Below are positions 19,641-29,442 of a DNA stretch of 64,000 nucleotides, one piece after another. Source of the DNA: a virus (taxonomy: Duplodnaviria > Caudoviricetes); IMG/VR virus record IMGVR_UViG_2974518997_000001, positions 33,758 through 97,757 of that record; one strand, given 5' to 3'. Position 1 is the stretch's first letter, and each line of letters starts with the position of its first letter. The notes beneath the pieces were generated by a model that saw only the letters and a list, made by a program, of their open reading frames with translations, had not been told where the DNA came from and did not search any database. The position numbers were made by a program, and so were the translations under genes.

Positions 19641-19869
19641 CGACTCGACCGGTCTGGGGCCGGAGGTCGTCGGACCCTGCCCAGAAGATCTTCGTCGTCA
19701 GGCCAATGAGCGCCTGGAGACGGCGGAACTCGACATCCAGCGCAGCGACGAGGCTGTGGAGGAGCTCAGTCGAACGCTGAGCGACTTCAAGGCGATGTGG
19801 GAGAAGAACGGGTTCGGAGAGGACCTGGTCAAGATTTTCAAGGCACCACTGAGGGGTAGCAGAGCATGA
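19630..19869 (+). CDS. Hypothetical protein (lysis cassette)
   Basis: Overlapping neighbours; coiled-coil-like. Confidence 0.6.
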   Translation: MVHDDSTGLGPEVVGPCPEDLRRQANERLETAELDIQRSDEAVEELSRTLSDFKAMWEKNGFGEDLVKIFKAPLRGSRA

Positions 19870-20780
19870 TCATCGGGGAGAACTTGGTGGAGTTGGCACC
19901 GAGCGACTGGGCCATGGTGGCCTTCACGTTCGGAGTGCTGTGGTTCGTGCTGGACTACGGGATCTTCAACCCGTGGTGGCGCGCTCCGATCGGCTGGGTG
20001 GTGATGATCTACGGATTCAGCGTCCTGCTGCTGATGTTCCTCATCCTGTACGGCCTGGTGGCCGGCCAGAGGGTCGATGAGTGGGCACGACTGCCTGTGG
20101 GCGTGCTTCTGGTCGCTGGCATCCTCGGGAAGATCGTGATCTTGCACGTCGCGCGCCATGAGGGCCGAATCGAGCGCCGTAGGCTCCGTGCAGAGCGCCA
20201 CGCGCGCCTCAGCGAGGTTCGGAACGCCGAAATGGTCGATCGAGAGCCTCCGGCATCGTTCCTGAGCGCCCAGAGCGCTCCGAAGACACTTCCGAGCGCC
20301 ACACGGGCGTCGGAGAAGAGAAAGGTGAGGCAGATGATCATCAACAAGTACCTCGCCGGGCTCCTGACCGTGCTCGTGGTTGCTGTGACCGCGTTCCAGG
20401 CGGCGCTCAGCGACGGATTCACCACCACGGAGGCCTGGCAGCTCTCGGGACTCGTTCTGGGTGCGTTCGTGACCGTATTCGTGCCCCTCCTGCAGGGAAA
20501 GTGGGCTGCAGGGCTCAAGGTCGGCGGTGCGGTCCTCGGAGCAGCGATCGCAGCCATCGTTCCGTTCGCGACGGGTGGCTGGGACGCCTCCGCGGTCACT
20601 ATCGTCGTGCTGGCCATCCTGAACACCCTGACGACGCAGATGGGCGTCGATGTGCGTATCGATTCGGCCAAGCAGGCCCTGGCAGACCCCTCGGTCTCCA
20701 TCGAGGTGCCTCACAACGTCGATCCGGTCGCGATGAAGATCGCAGGGCCTCCGACGGAAGCGCCGGCACTCTCTCAGTGA
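19866..20780 (+). CDS. Holin-like multi-pass membrane protein with probable internal start at 20334
   Basis: About 3 TM + linker + about 4 TM; GAAAGGTGAGG RBS before ATG 20334. Confidence 0.65.
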   Translation: MIIGENLVELAPSDWAMVAFTFGVLWFVLDYGIFNPWWRAPIGWVVMIYGFSVLLLMFLILYGLVAGQRVDEWARLPVGVLLVAGILGKIVILHVARHEGRIERRRLRAERHARLSEVRNAEMVDREPPASFLSAQSAPKTLPSATRASEKRKVRQMIINKYLAGLLTVLVVAVTAFQAALSDGFTTTEAWQLSGLVLGAFVTVFVPLLQGKWAAGLKVGGAVLGAAIAAIVPFATGGWDASAVTIVVLAILNTLTTQMGVDVRIDSAKQALADPSVSIEVPHNVDPVAMKIAGPPTEAPALSQ

Positions 20781-20789
20781 CGCTGCACA

Positions 20790-20825
20790 GGAGCCCGCCT
20801 CAGTCTTCGGACGGGGCGGGCTTCT
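20790..20825. terminator. Hairpin between convergent genes (probable bidirectional terminator)
   Basis: GGAGCCCGCCTC...GGGGCGGGCTTC. Confidence 0.6.
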
Positions 20826-21159
20826 GCGTGCGGTCGGGAGTCGTCTCGAGGAACAGACGGCGCTGATCCTCCCAGGAGTAGGCGGTCGCGGGCAGCACGA
20901 GAGCGTAGTCACTGCGCTTCGGCTCGGGATCTTCTCCCATGAGCGCGGCAGCGAGGTCGTTGAAGGCCTTCGTCACTTCTTCGACGATCGGGATGAAGGA
21001 CTCGACCAGCGCTTCAGCGAACGCCTCCCAGCGCTCGACGATGCCGGGCATCTCCTGGAGAGCCATGATGAGCAGGGCCTCATCGAGAGCCTTCTGCTCG
21101 CGCCGAGCCTTGCGGATCGCGCGGCCTTCGTGCCGACGGGAGTGCGCGCGCTGGCTCAT
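20800..21159 (-). CDS. Hypothetical protein
   Basis: Part of a coupled three-gene leftward operon. Confidence 0.7.
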   Translation of the reverse strand: MSQRAHSRRHEGRAIRKARREQKALDEALLIMALQEMPGIVERWEAFAEALVESFIPIVEEVTKAFNDLAAALMGEDPEPKRSDYALVLPATAYSWEDQRRLFLETTPDRTQKPAPSED

Positions 21160-21380
21160 CGGGCTGCGCTCACGATCGCGGCGACGCGGGCATCATCGTG
21201 GATGATCGCGTGGTTGAACCCGACGTTCAGCGCGCTCTTGCGGTACTCCCAGCCGCGGTGCACCCAGGTGCAGTCCTCCTCGAGGCAGACGGTGTCGTAG
21301 ACCGCGGAGGTGTGGGTGATCATCCGCTTCTCGATGTCGAACATCTTGCGCAGCTGCGCGGTGCTCTTCACGCGAGGCAT
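21156..21380 (-). CDS. Hypothetical protein (Cx4C...H..H, possible Zn finger)
   Basis: MPRVKSTAQL... start overlaps upstream stop. Confidence 0.65.
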   Translation of the reverse strand: MPRVKSTAQLRKMFDIEKRMITHTSAVYDTVCLEEDCTWVHRGWEYRKSALNVGFNHAIIHDDARVAAIVSAAR

Positions 21381-21760
21381 CAGGCCACCGCCTCGGCAGA
21401 GCCGTCGTCGAGCCATGAGCCGATGATCGCCAGCTCGATGATCTCGGCCTGGCTGAGGCGCTCGTTCACGATGACGGCCGCGGCGTGCAGGACGCACTCG
21501 GGGCAAAGAGAGAGCCCTGCCACGGTGGAGAACGACGGGACGATCTCGTGGTCAGGGCTGAGGAAGTGGAGGGTGCAGTTCTGCTGCTCGGCGTAGTGGA
21601 GCTTGGCCTTCGATGCCGGCGACAGATCCTTCGCGTCGGTCTGGAGTGCGGCTGCCACGGCTTCGATCTCCTCTCGGACGATGGCCGCTCTTTCGCGGAT
21701 CTCCGCGGGAATCGACGCGGTGTGCGTCACGGCGCTGGAGCTGTTCATGGTCATTGACAT
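21380..21760 (-). CDS. Hypothetical protein
   Basis: AGAGGA RBS on - strand; LCPEC motif. Confidence 0.65.
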   Translation of the reverse strand: MSMTMNSSSAVTHTASIPAEIRERAAIVREEIEAVAAALQTDAKDLSPASKAKLHYAEQQNCTLHFLSPDHEIVPSFSTVAGLSLCPECVLHAAAVIVNERLSQAEIIELAIIGSWLDDGSAEAVA

Positions 21761-21842
21761 GGCGGTCCTCTTCTCGGATGAGCACACTAGGCGTCCGTGC
21801 TCGTCAGCGGATTCTACGCCGCCCTGCTCTCGATCGGGAAGC

Positions 21843-21884
21843 GTGCTACAATAGTATTACGGAAGGGCGAAGGGCGCAACTCCG
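21843..21884 (+). promoter_or_regulatory. Extended -10 promoter (GTGCTACAAT) plus 5' AAGGG-loop hairpin, copy 3
   Basis: GCG-AAGGG-CGC with outer CGGA/TCCG pairs. Confidence 0.7.
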
Positions 21885-21895
21885 GAAAGGACATC

Positions 21896-22180
21896 ATGAG
21901 CGACGAGAAGGTGCAGTACCGGCACCAAGTCATCGAGAAGTGGGTCAGCGAGTTCCGACCCAGCCTGACCGACTCGAACATCAAGACCTTCCTCGAGGAG
22001 TTCGTGATCGAGTGGGAAGAGGCCGAGCAAGCTCAGATCTGCGACCACTGCGGAGATCCTCTCGACGGCACTGAGCCGGAGATGATCGACGAGCAAGACG
22101 GCACGCTCGCGCACAGCGAGTGCTTGGCCGAGGCGTACCGGGATCCGCGCGAGGATTCCGGCTACTGGAAGGAGGACTGA
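21896..22180 (+). CDS. Hypothetical protein (CxxC...HxxC)
   Basis: GAAAGGA RBS. Confidence 0.7.
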   Translation: MSDEKVQYRHQVIEKWVSEFRPSLTDSNIKTFLEEFVIEWEEAEQAQICDHCGDPLDGTEPEMIDEQDGTLAHSECLAEAYRDPREDSGYWKED

Positions 22181-22182
22181 TC

Positions 22183-22425
22183 GTGGCCACGAAGAAGCGG
22201 ACCCAGGTCCTCACCGTCGCGCAGCAGCGCGCACGTCGTGAGTCGACGCAGTTCATCCTGGCCCGGACCTCGAAGGGCCGGCCGACGCTGATGCACGCGC
22301 TCGGCGAGCACTACGGCGACAAGACCGTGTGCGGCCTCGAGGTGACCGGCTGGTCGCGGGCGTACAAGTCGGAGCCGATCAAGGAGATCCTGTGCGTGAA
22401 GTGCGGGAAGAGCGTGGGTGCGTGA
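22183..22425 (+). CDS. Hypothetical Zn-binding protein
   Basis: GGAGG RBS; H...VCG...CxxC. Confidence 0.7.
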   Translation: MATKKRTQVLTVAQQRARRESTQFILARTSKGRPTLMHALGEHYGDKTVCGLEVTGWSRAYKSEPIKEILCVKCGKSVGA

Positions 22426-23183
22426 TGGCTGTCAAATACCTCATCGTCCGTATCGACACTGACGAAGCTGACGTGCTGACTCTGCCTCGGATCCGCGAAG
22501 CAGTTCACGCCGAGCCGAAAGGCACCGCAGACCTCGTGCTGACGGAGAACCCGTGGGTTCCTCTGAGGATCCGCGGTCAGCGGGAGCAGGACTTTCAGGC
22601 GGTCGACGAGATCTTCACGAGGATCCTGAATCACGCTCGTGAGCAGATGAAGCTCACCAAGGAGGCTCGAGAGGCTCGGGCCCTCCGTCGGGAGGAGAAG
22701 CGTCGTCAGGCCCGTGAGGCGCACACCGGCAACGTGTTCACCACCGGCGTCGAGTACGGGGTCACCTACACGGACCCGGAGCGGCCGGTGACGATGACGA
22801 CCGACTGGGAGAAGGCGCTCGAGTCGCAGAGGTTCTACAACCGCATCGGCGAGGGCAAGTACGTCTCGCGGATCCTCGAGCGCACGCCGGGTGTCGCACC
22901 AGGTCAGTGGTCGCCGGCATCGGGTCCTGACGGGGACGCGGATGGGGAGGATCCTGACGAGCCGGAGATTCCGGTGAAGCCGACGGCCTACTACCGCGCG
23001 TCGGACAACCCGTACGGCCACGGCACGATCGTCTTGCGCGAGCTGCTCGCTGACATCGGACCGGGCGTTCACGACATCACTCGCTGGAGCTATGACGGCG
23101 GCGCGCTGGTCATCGAGGCCCGAGAGATCGCAGCGCGAGACTCGATCCTCGAGCAGTACAGGAGGGCGACCGGCGGTGAGTGA
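22425..23183 (+). CDS. Hypothetical protein
   Basis: TGATG coupling. Confidence 0.65.
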   Translation: MAVKYLIVRIDTDEADVLTLPRIREAVHAEPKGTADLVLTENPWVPLRIRGQREQDFQAVDEIFTRILNHAREQMKLTKEAREARALRREEKRRQAREAHTGNVFTTGVEYGVTYTDPERPVTMTTDWEKALESQRFYNRIGEGKYVSRILERTPGVAPGQWSPASGPDGDADGEDPDEPEIPVKPTAYYRASDNPYGHGTIVLRELLADIGPGVHDITRWSYDGGALVIEAREIAARDSILEQYRRATGGE

Positions 23184-23430
23184 TCACATGGAGTTCGACC
23201 GGTACGGCATGCCGATCGTCTGGGACGTGAACCAGCTCGGAGAGATCGAGCAGATGAGCTTTCCGATGCGATGCATGCGGTGCCAGCACGTGCACGACAC
23301 TGCGAAGGTCGAAGTCGTCCAGCGCTACGCTGACTGCACGGTGTGGAAGTGCCCGCGGTGTGGCGCGCATATTGACGACCGGCCGATCGGCTGGGGAGGA
23401 AGCGCGGAACCGCTCAGTGCGGGCCGCTGA
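23176..23430 (+). CDS. Zn-ribbon protein
   Basis: Two CxxC pairs; GGAGG RBS. Confidence 0.65.
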   Translation: MSDHMEFDRYGMPIVWDVNQLGEIEQMSFPMRCMRCQHVHDTAKVEVVQRYADCTVWKCPRCGAHIDDRPIGWGGSAEPLSAGR

Positions 23431-23458
23431 CGAGTGATGGTGATGGAGAGGAACTGAC

Positions 23459-25498
23459 GTGGCCGGTGGCGCACAGAATGACGGCAACAAGCCGGGAGGC
23501 CCGATTGTATGGGTCATGAACGACGAGGACTTCGAGAACCTCATCGAGGCGATCCTCGTCGCTCAGAAGGTCGTGGTCGACCTCGAGACGACGGGCCTCG
23601 TGCCGTACGCGTGGACGGACGGTCCGCGCAACGGCGGCATCGCGGCGCGCGTGGCTCTGGCGTCGTACACCCTCCCGGATGCGACGCGTCCCGGCGGCGA
23701 CGAGTGGGACGGCAAGGAGCCGACCACCTGGATCCTGCCGCTCTCCCACCCGGACAGCCCGTTCGTCGGCGTGTGGCGTCAGAAGTTCACCGAGACCCTG
23801 CAGGCGATGAAGCAGTCGCGTCGGCCGATCTCGAACGTGAACCTCAAGTTCGACGCGAAGTACTGGTGGTTCTCCTCCAAGATCGATCTCACGGATCAGC
23901 TCGCCTGGGACCCGCAGCTGTCGGGCCATCTGCTCGACGAGAACGAGCCGCGCAGGCTCAAGGAGCGCGCTCCCAAGGTCTTCGGGATCGAGCGCTGGGA
24001 CGACGTGGAGTTCGACCAGCCGGGTGCCGCGGAGCGCGCGGATCTGTTCACCCTCGGGTTCTACGCCGCGCGGGACACGTACTGGACGTGGCGTCTGGAG
24101 ATCCACGACCGGGCGCTGATGTACCTCGATCGCGACGAGGACTCGGACGACGAGCCGATGTTCCCGGACGAGATCCAGAACGCTCGTCTGGGCAAGCTGG
24201 CGACGTGGGTCACGATGCCGACGATGGCCGCGCTCACGCGCATGGAGTCCCGCGGGTTCGCGATCGACCGGGACTGGATCCACGCGAAGATCGAGGAGGA
24301 CGAGGCGATCAAGGCGGAGGGTCTCGAGCTCTTCCGTCAGCGCACGAACATGCCGCACCGCGGGATGAGCATGGCTCCCACCTCTCTCTGGTTCATCGAG
24401 GCGATGAAGCACGCGGTCGAGGACGGGCTGATCAACGTGCAGGAGATCACCAAGGGCGGGAAGCCGTCGTGGGGCAAGAACGTGCTGGTCCGGCAGGAGC
24501 GTCTGTGGGACATCGCGAACCCGGGCCGCGAGTCGGAGAACTTCGCCGGTCAGATGCTCAAGACGAAGCAGGCCACGAAGCGCCTGGAGTTCCTGAAGAG
24601 CTGGCTGGTCTACGCCACGCGGGATGGGTTCATCCACGCGTCGTACAACATCGGCTCGGTGGTGACGGGACGTCTGTCCTCCTCGGAGCCGAACCTCCAG
24701 CAGGTCACGAAGAAACTCCGGCCGGCATACGTGCCTCGTCCGGGCTACGGGATCGCGGCGATCGACTACAGCCAGCTGGAGCTGCGCGTGGCGGCGTTCG
24801 TCTCTCGGAGCCCCACGATGATCCAGGCGTTCATCGACGGCAAGGACCTGCATCGCGAGCTGGCGGCGACGATCAACCACATCGCGCCGGACAAGGTCAC
24901 CGATCTCCAGCGCACACAGGCGAAGGCCGGGAACTTCGGGCTCCTGTACCTGATGGGCGCGGCGGGCTTCCGGTCGTACGCGGAGAACGTCTACGGCGTC
25001 TCGCTGACGGAGGCGGAGGCCGTGGCGGTCTACCGCGCGTTCTTCAAGCAGTGGGAGGGCATGCACGAGTGGCACCAGCAGTCGATTGCTCGTCTGCACC
25101 GCGACGGCTACGTGACCAGCCCAATCGGCCGCGTGCGTCGTCTGCCGGACGTCCACTCGGGGATCGACAGCTTCGTCACGCGTGCCGAGCGCGCGGGCGT
25201 GAACGCTCCTGTGCAGGGCTTCGGCGCTGACTTGATGAACATGGCCACGGCGAGCATTATGGGGCTCCTGCCGGGCACCCAGCCCGTGCGCGGGGCGTTT
25301 CCGGTCAACACCGTGCACGACGAGGTCACGGTGGAGGTCGAACTCGCGCACTGGGAAGAGATCGTAGCGGAGTGCCAGGACCGCATGACGAATCTGAACC
25401 CGTGGCTGAAGAAGATGGGCTGCGAGCTGGACGTTCCGCTCAAGGCCGACGCGACAGTGGGGACCCGCTGGTCGCTCAACGACATCGGAGAGATGTGA
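23459..25498 (+). CDS. polA: DNA polymerase family A (3'-5' exonuclease plus polymerase)
   Basis: DLETTG exo I; TGRLSS..PNLQ; DYSQLELR (motif A); RTQAKAGNFGLLY (motif B); VHDE (motif C). Confidence 0.97.
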   Translation: MAGGAQNDGNKPGGPIVWVMNDEDFENLIEAILVAQKVVVDLETTGLVPYAWTDGPRNGGIAARVALASYTLPDATRPGGDEWDGKEPTTWILPLSHPDSPFVGVWRQKFTETLQAMKQSRRPISNVNLKFDAKYWWFSSKIDLTDQLAWDPQLSGHLLDENEPRRLKERAPKVFGIERWDDVEFDQPGAAERADLFTLGFYAARDTYWTWRLEIHDRALMYLDRDEDSDDEPMFPDEIQNARLGKLATWVTMPTMAALTRMESRGFAIDRDWIHAKIEEDEAIKAEGLELFRQRTNMPHRGMSMAPTSLWFIEAMKHAVEDGLINVQEITKGGKPSWGKNVLVRQERLWDIANPGRESENFAGQMLKTKQATKRLEFLKSWLVYATRDGFIHASYNIGSVVTGRLSSSEPNLQQVTKKLRPAYVPRPGYGIAAIDYSQLELRVAAFVSRSPTMIQAFIDGKDLHRELAATINHIAPDKVTDLQRTQAKAGNFGLLYLMGAAGFRSYAENVYGVSLTEAEAVAVYRAFFKQWEGMHEWHQQSIARLHRDGYVTSPIGRVRRLPDVHSGIDSFVTRAERAGVNAPVQGFGADLMNMATASIMGLLPGTQPVRGAFPVNTVHDEVTVEVELAHWEEIVAECQDRMTNLNPWLKKMGCELDVPLKADATVGTRWSLNDIGEM

Positions 25499-25737
25499 TG
25501 GACGCAGACGAGTACCAGCGACGCCTGGAAGAGATGCGACGCAAGCACGCCGCTCAGCGGGAAGCTATGGCGCGCCGTCACCAGGAGGAGAAGGTCGATC
25601 AGGCGGTCGACGAGGCACTGGAGACACAGACTCCGCTCGAGCTCTTGCTCCTGACGGACGTGGCCCTGTTCTTCTCGTTCTCGATCATCATCAAGCTGCT
25701 GAGAGACTTCCCACGGCCGGATGACAACAACTTGTAG
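25498..25737 (+). CDS. Hypothetical protein with a C-terminal hydrophobic segment
   Basis: TGATG coupling. Confidence 0.6.
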   Translation: MDADEYQRRLEEMRRKHAAQREAMARRHQEEKVDQAVDEALETQTPLELLLLTDVALFFSFSIIIKLLRDFPRPDDNNL

Positions 25738-25841
25738 CACGACCAGCTATCCTGAACGTAGACGTCGCAGATGAGCGCTGACAGCCTCGGAGCACGTCGC
25801 CAGACACCAAGACCAGAGGGGCAGGAAGGAGGAAAGAAGAA

Positions 25842-26246
25842 ATGCAGTCACAGACACCCCAGGCGGGAGCCGGCGGAACAGCCAGCAGCACGAAGACGAA
25901 GCCGCATTCGGTCCGCACCACGGAGAGCCTCTGGCTCTCTGCGAAGCGCCGCGCCGACAGCGAGAACGTCACCATGGGATTCATGATCACGGAGATGATG
26001 GACGGCTATGCGCGCGGGTTCATGGACCTGCCCAAGAGCGCAGCACCCACCAGCACCGCGAAGCGCGAGCCGAAGCACTCGGTCCGCACGACCGATCAGC
26101 TGTGGGCCAGCGCCCAGCGCCGCGCACGCTCGGAAGGCATCACGATGAACGACGTCGTGGAAGGCATCCTGAGCGGCTACACCCGCGGATTGATGAACCT
26201 GCCCAAGGTGACGAAGACCTTCGTCGCCACCAAGCGCGCTGACTGA
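25842..26246 (+). CDS. Tandem ribbon-helix-helix DNA-binding protein
   Basis: Duplicated HSVRTT..LW.SA.RRA.SE..TM...GY.RG.M.LPK unit. Confidence 0.75.
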   Translation: MQSQTPQAGAGGTASSTKTKPHSVRTTESLWLSAKRRADSENVTMGFMITEMMDGYARGFMDLPKSAAPTSTAKREPKHSVRTTDQLWASAQRRARSEGITMNDVVEGILSGYTRGLMNLPKVTKTFVATKRAD

Positions 26247-26386
26247 CCGTCAGCCTCAACCACTGCCAGCGGACTCCGGGAGATGAGCCCGGCTCTGCGT
26301 CTCTTTCGGGGACGGACGAGCGCACACACAACGCGGAGGACCTGTCGTCCGCTGGCAGTCTCATTCAGATAGACGCATACACAGAA

Positions 26387-26419
26387 GCAGGGCCCCGTTG
26401 ACGCGACGGGGCCCTGCTG
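26387..26419. terminator. Strong hairpin upstream of primase
   Basis: AGCAGGGCCCCG...CGGGGCCCTGCT. Confidence 0.5.
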
Positions 26420-26443
26420 TTGAGAAGAAGAGGATGGTGCCTC

Positions 26444-28783
26444 ATGACACAGGATACAGGGAACACGCCGGCCAGCGTATCGGCGGCGTTGGAGGCGGTG
26501 AAGCGGGGGTACTCGCCGATCCCGATCTTCAGCCGGGACAAGAAGCCTGCGCTCGCGAACTGGACGAAAGGCGTCGGCACGGTCGACCCGGCGGAGGTCG
26601 CGCAGATCTTCACGGAGAGGGCCACGCAGGATCCGATCGCGGAGAACATCGGTCTGCTGCTGGGAGCCCCGTCAGGCGGTCTGATCGACGTCGACCTGGA
26701 CCACCCCAAGACTCGGCGGCTGAAGGATCACTTTCTCCCGCGGACCGCGATGCGATCGGGACGCGCGGGCCGGCCAGGCTCGCACTACTGGTTCGTGGCG
26801 GAAGAGGGCACGCTGCAGGGCTACCGCAAGTACACGATGCCCAAGAAGCCGGACGGACGTCAGGGCGACGTGATCGTCGAGTACCGGTCCACCGGAGGCC
26901 AGTCGGTGATCCCGCCCAGCATCCACCCCTCGGGCGAGGACTACCGCTGGGAGGGTGACCCGTGGGGCGGCGAACGCGGCGCGCAGATCATCCACGGCCG
27001 CAAGCTCTCGGTGCAGGTGGCCACGCTCGCGCTGGCGACGGTGCTGCTGGATCAGTGGCCGACGCAGGGCAGCCGGCATGATGCGTATCTCGCTCTCGCC
27101 GGCGGCCTGCTCTGGTTCGGTGAGCGCAACGTCCACCCGTTCTGGGGCGACAACGGCGGGGCGAACACTCGGGTCCTGATCCGCGCGCTGGCGGAGGCGA
27201 CTCTGGATGAGGACGGTCCGGACTCGCGTGAAGCAGAGGTCATGAAGACCACGCTGAACCGGATCTACGACGGCCGCATGACCGCCGGCTTCCCCAAGCT
27301 CGCGGAGATCATCGGCGACCGGCACGTGAAGCAGGCGCGGAGCCTGATCGCGGAGGTCGAGCAGCTGGCGGGCTACCAGTCGCGTCAGGCTCCGGAGATC
27401 GACCGCGACATGGACCATGAGCTTACGCTCACCGCGGCGGAGGTCTCTGAGCTTCCCATGGAGGAGCGCGATCCGCTGATGGAGCGGGTGGGCACGTGGC
27501 AGTCGGTGGACCTCGAGCCGTACCTCTCGGGAGCCATCAAGCCGGTGGACCCGGAGCTGTTGGAACGCTCGGACTCGACGCTGCAGGACCCCAAGTTCCT
27601 GATGTACCCGGGCCGCGTGAACATGCTCTACGGCTCCTCGGAGTCGGCGAAGAGCTGGATCGCGCTGTACCTGACCAAGGAGGTCATCCGGAACGGCCAG
27701 CGCGTGATGTACCTCGACCTGGAGGACGACCCGGTCAATACCCTGAGCCGTCTGCAGCTGCTCGGGCTGACGCGTGACGACTTCCAGGGCGGCATGTTCC
27801 GCTACATCCGGCCGGAGGACCCGCTGGCACCCATGCAGCGCAACCGCTGGGGCAAGGCGGAGGAGACCTCGGCCGGACGCGAGAACCAGGAGCTGTTTGA
27901 GCGGGAGCTGAATGAGCATGAGCCGTCGCTGATCGTGGCGGACGGTATGAGCGTGCTCTACGGTCTGCACGGGCTGAACACCAACGACACGGTGGACACG
28001 GACGTCATCACCGGCTGGATGAAGAAGCTCACCCGCGGCGGGAAGACGACGGTGGTCATCATCGACCACACCGGCAAGGGCTCTGAGCGCGGGTCCCTCC
28101 CCATCGGCAGCCAGCACAAGGTCTCCATGGTCCAGGGCACCCTGCTGCAGGTGTGGCCCACGCGTCAGCCGATGCCGGGAGCCCTCGGGACCGTGGAGCT
28201 GATCGTGCTGAAGGATCGCCCCGGCCAGGTGCGCAAGATCGCGGCGGTCGGCAACGGCGGCAAGGCTCAGCAGGTGGCCAAGGTGACGCTGGACTCTCGG
28301 ACGCCGGGAGCGACGTACATCACGATCGATCCGCCCACGCCGCCCGTGCAGGTGGCCGCCTCGGGTCAGCTGGACCTGCAGCGCTCACTGGACGCGGAGA
28401 AGGCGGAGAAGCTCAGCAACGCCAAGGACGCGATCATCTACAAGGTGTTCCGCGGCGACGACAAGGTGGAGCTGACCGCTTTGCAGATCTCGGAGCGGCT
28501 GTCGCGCGTGGAGGACCTCACGCCGGAGGAGCGGGAGATGCGTCGGGCGAAGAACGGGCAGTGGTCCGGCTGGGGTGCCAAGGCGCTGAAGAACCTCGTG
28601 GAGGGCGACAAGTGGCTGGAGCAGCTGGGGACGACCAAGGACCGTCGCTACCGGCTGAAGATCAAGGTGGAGGTGCCCAACGTGGACTTCTCGGTCGACT
28701 CCACCAGCACGGACTCTCCCACGGTGTCGCTGGACGCGAGCTCTCCTCTCGGGCCGGTCATGACCGTGGATGATGACGACTGA
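26444..28783 (+). CDS. Bifunctional primase-polymerase (AEP) fused to AAA/RecA-like helicase
   Basis: KKP...NIG....IDVDLD and H.WF (Prim-Pol); GSSESAKS Walker A-like; LIVADG; IIDHTGK. Confidence 0.9.
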   Translation: MTQDTGNTPASVSAALEAVKRGYSPIPIFSRDKKPALANWTKGVGTVDPAEVAQIFTERATQDPIAENIGLLLGAPSGGLIDVDLDHPKTRRLKDHFLPRTAMRSGRAGRPGSHYWFVAEEGTLQGYRKYTMPKKPDGRQGDVIVEYRSTGGQSVIPPSIHPSGEDYRWEGDPWGGERGAQIIHGRKLSVQVATLALATVLLDQWPTQGSRHDAYLALAGGLLWFGERNVHPFWGDNGGANTRVLIRALAEATLDEDGPDSREAEVMKTTLNRIYDGRMTAGFPKLAEIIGDRHVKQARSLIAEVEQLAGYQSRQAPEIDRDMDHELTLTAAEVSELPMEERDPLMERVGTWQSVDLEPYLSGAIKPVDPELLERSDSTLQDPKFLMYPGRVNMLYGSSESAKSWIALYLTKEVIRNGQRVMYLDLEDDPVNTLSRLQLLGLTRDDFQGGMFRYIRPEDPLAPMQRNRWGKAEETSAGRENQELFERELNEHEPSLIVADGMSVLYGLHGLNTNDTVDTDVITGWMKKLTRGGKTTVVIIDHTGKGSERGSLPIGSQHKVSMVQGTLLQVWPTRQPMPGALGTVELIVLKDRPGQVRKIAAVGNGGKAQQVAKVTLDSRTPGATYITIDPPTPPVQVAASGQLDLQRSLDAEKAEKLSNAKDAIIYKVFRGDDKVELTALQISERLSRVEDLTPEEREMRRAKNGQWSGWGAKALKNLVEGDKWLEQLGTTKDRRYRLKIKVEVPNVDFSVDSTSTDSPTVSLDASSPLGPVMTVDDDD

Positions 28784-28794
28784 GTCGCCTCGGT

Positions 28795-29100
28795 AGCACG
28801 CTGAGAATAGGGCCGCTGAATACTCAGAGCACGGATAGCCCAATTCTCCTGAATTCTCAGAGCACGGAATGCTGGATTCTCCTGAATTCTCAGGCGGTCT
28901 GAGAACGGTCGTGCGTGCTACTTTCCACATGGGGAGAACCTGTGGACAACTCGTTCGTATCACTCCGGTCTGCGCTCTCATGTGTGCGCGGGTCTTCATT
29001 CATTCATTTACTCATTTAGGCGTGTGGGGCCCTTCGGGCCCCACACCTCAAAAGAGCAAGTGAAGGAAAGAAGTCCCACACTCTCATGAGAGCGCCGATA
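28795..29100. other. Probable replication origin: ~33-bp direct repeats, DnaA-box-like 9-mer, AT-rich tract and hairpin
   Basis: ATTCTCCTGAATTCTCAG at 28843 and 28876; TGTGGACAA at 28941; GTGTGGGGCCC-TTC-GGGCCCCACAC at 29022-29046; directly after primase-helicase. Confidence 0.6.
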
Positions 29101-29163
29101 GTCAGATACCGGTAGATCACATCAGAATTGGTTCTGACGAATTCCCAGAATTGGACGTCATCC

Positions 29164-29199
29164 GTGCTACACTTGTACTACAGGAACGAAGGGCGTTCC
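29164..29199 (+). promoter_or_regulatory. Extended -10 promoter (GTGCTACACT) plus 5' AAGGG-loop hairpin, copy 4
   Basis: GGAACG-AAGGG-CGTTCC at 29183-29199. Confidence 0.75.
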
Positions 29200-29216
29200 G
29201 GGTAGGGAAGAACACC

Positions 29217-29441
29217 ATGGCACTGGATCTGCAGGGATCAGCGACATCGCTCAAGAAGCGCGAGAAGGGCAAGCGCATCAAGTGCTCCGACTGCGGCGAG
29301 ACGGTGAAGCTGAAGAAGGAGATGGTGGAGCAGGACGGGAAGAAGTACCACCTCGTCTGCGCCGGATTCATCCACGCTCCGAAGCTCGCACCCTGCCCCG
29401 ACTGCTTCATGGTCGCCCCGTGCTTCTGCGTTGGGACCTGA
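29217..29441 (+). CDS. Small Cys-rich Zn-finger protein
   Basis: CSDC...HLVC...CPDC..PCFC. Confidence 0.7.
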   Translation: MALDLQGSATSLKKREKGKRIKCSDCGETVKLKKEMVEQDGKKYHLVCAGFIHAPKLAPCPDCFMVAPCFCVGT

Positions 29442-29442
29442 G

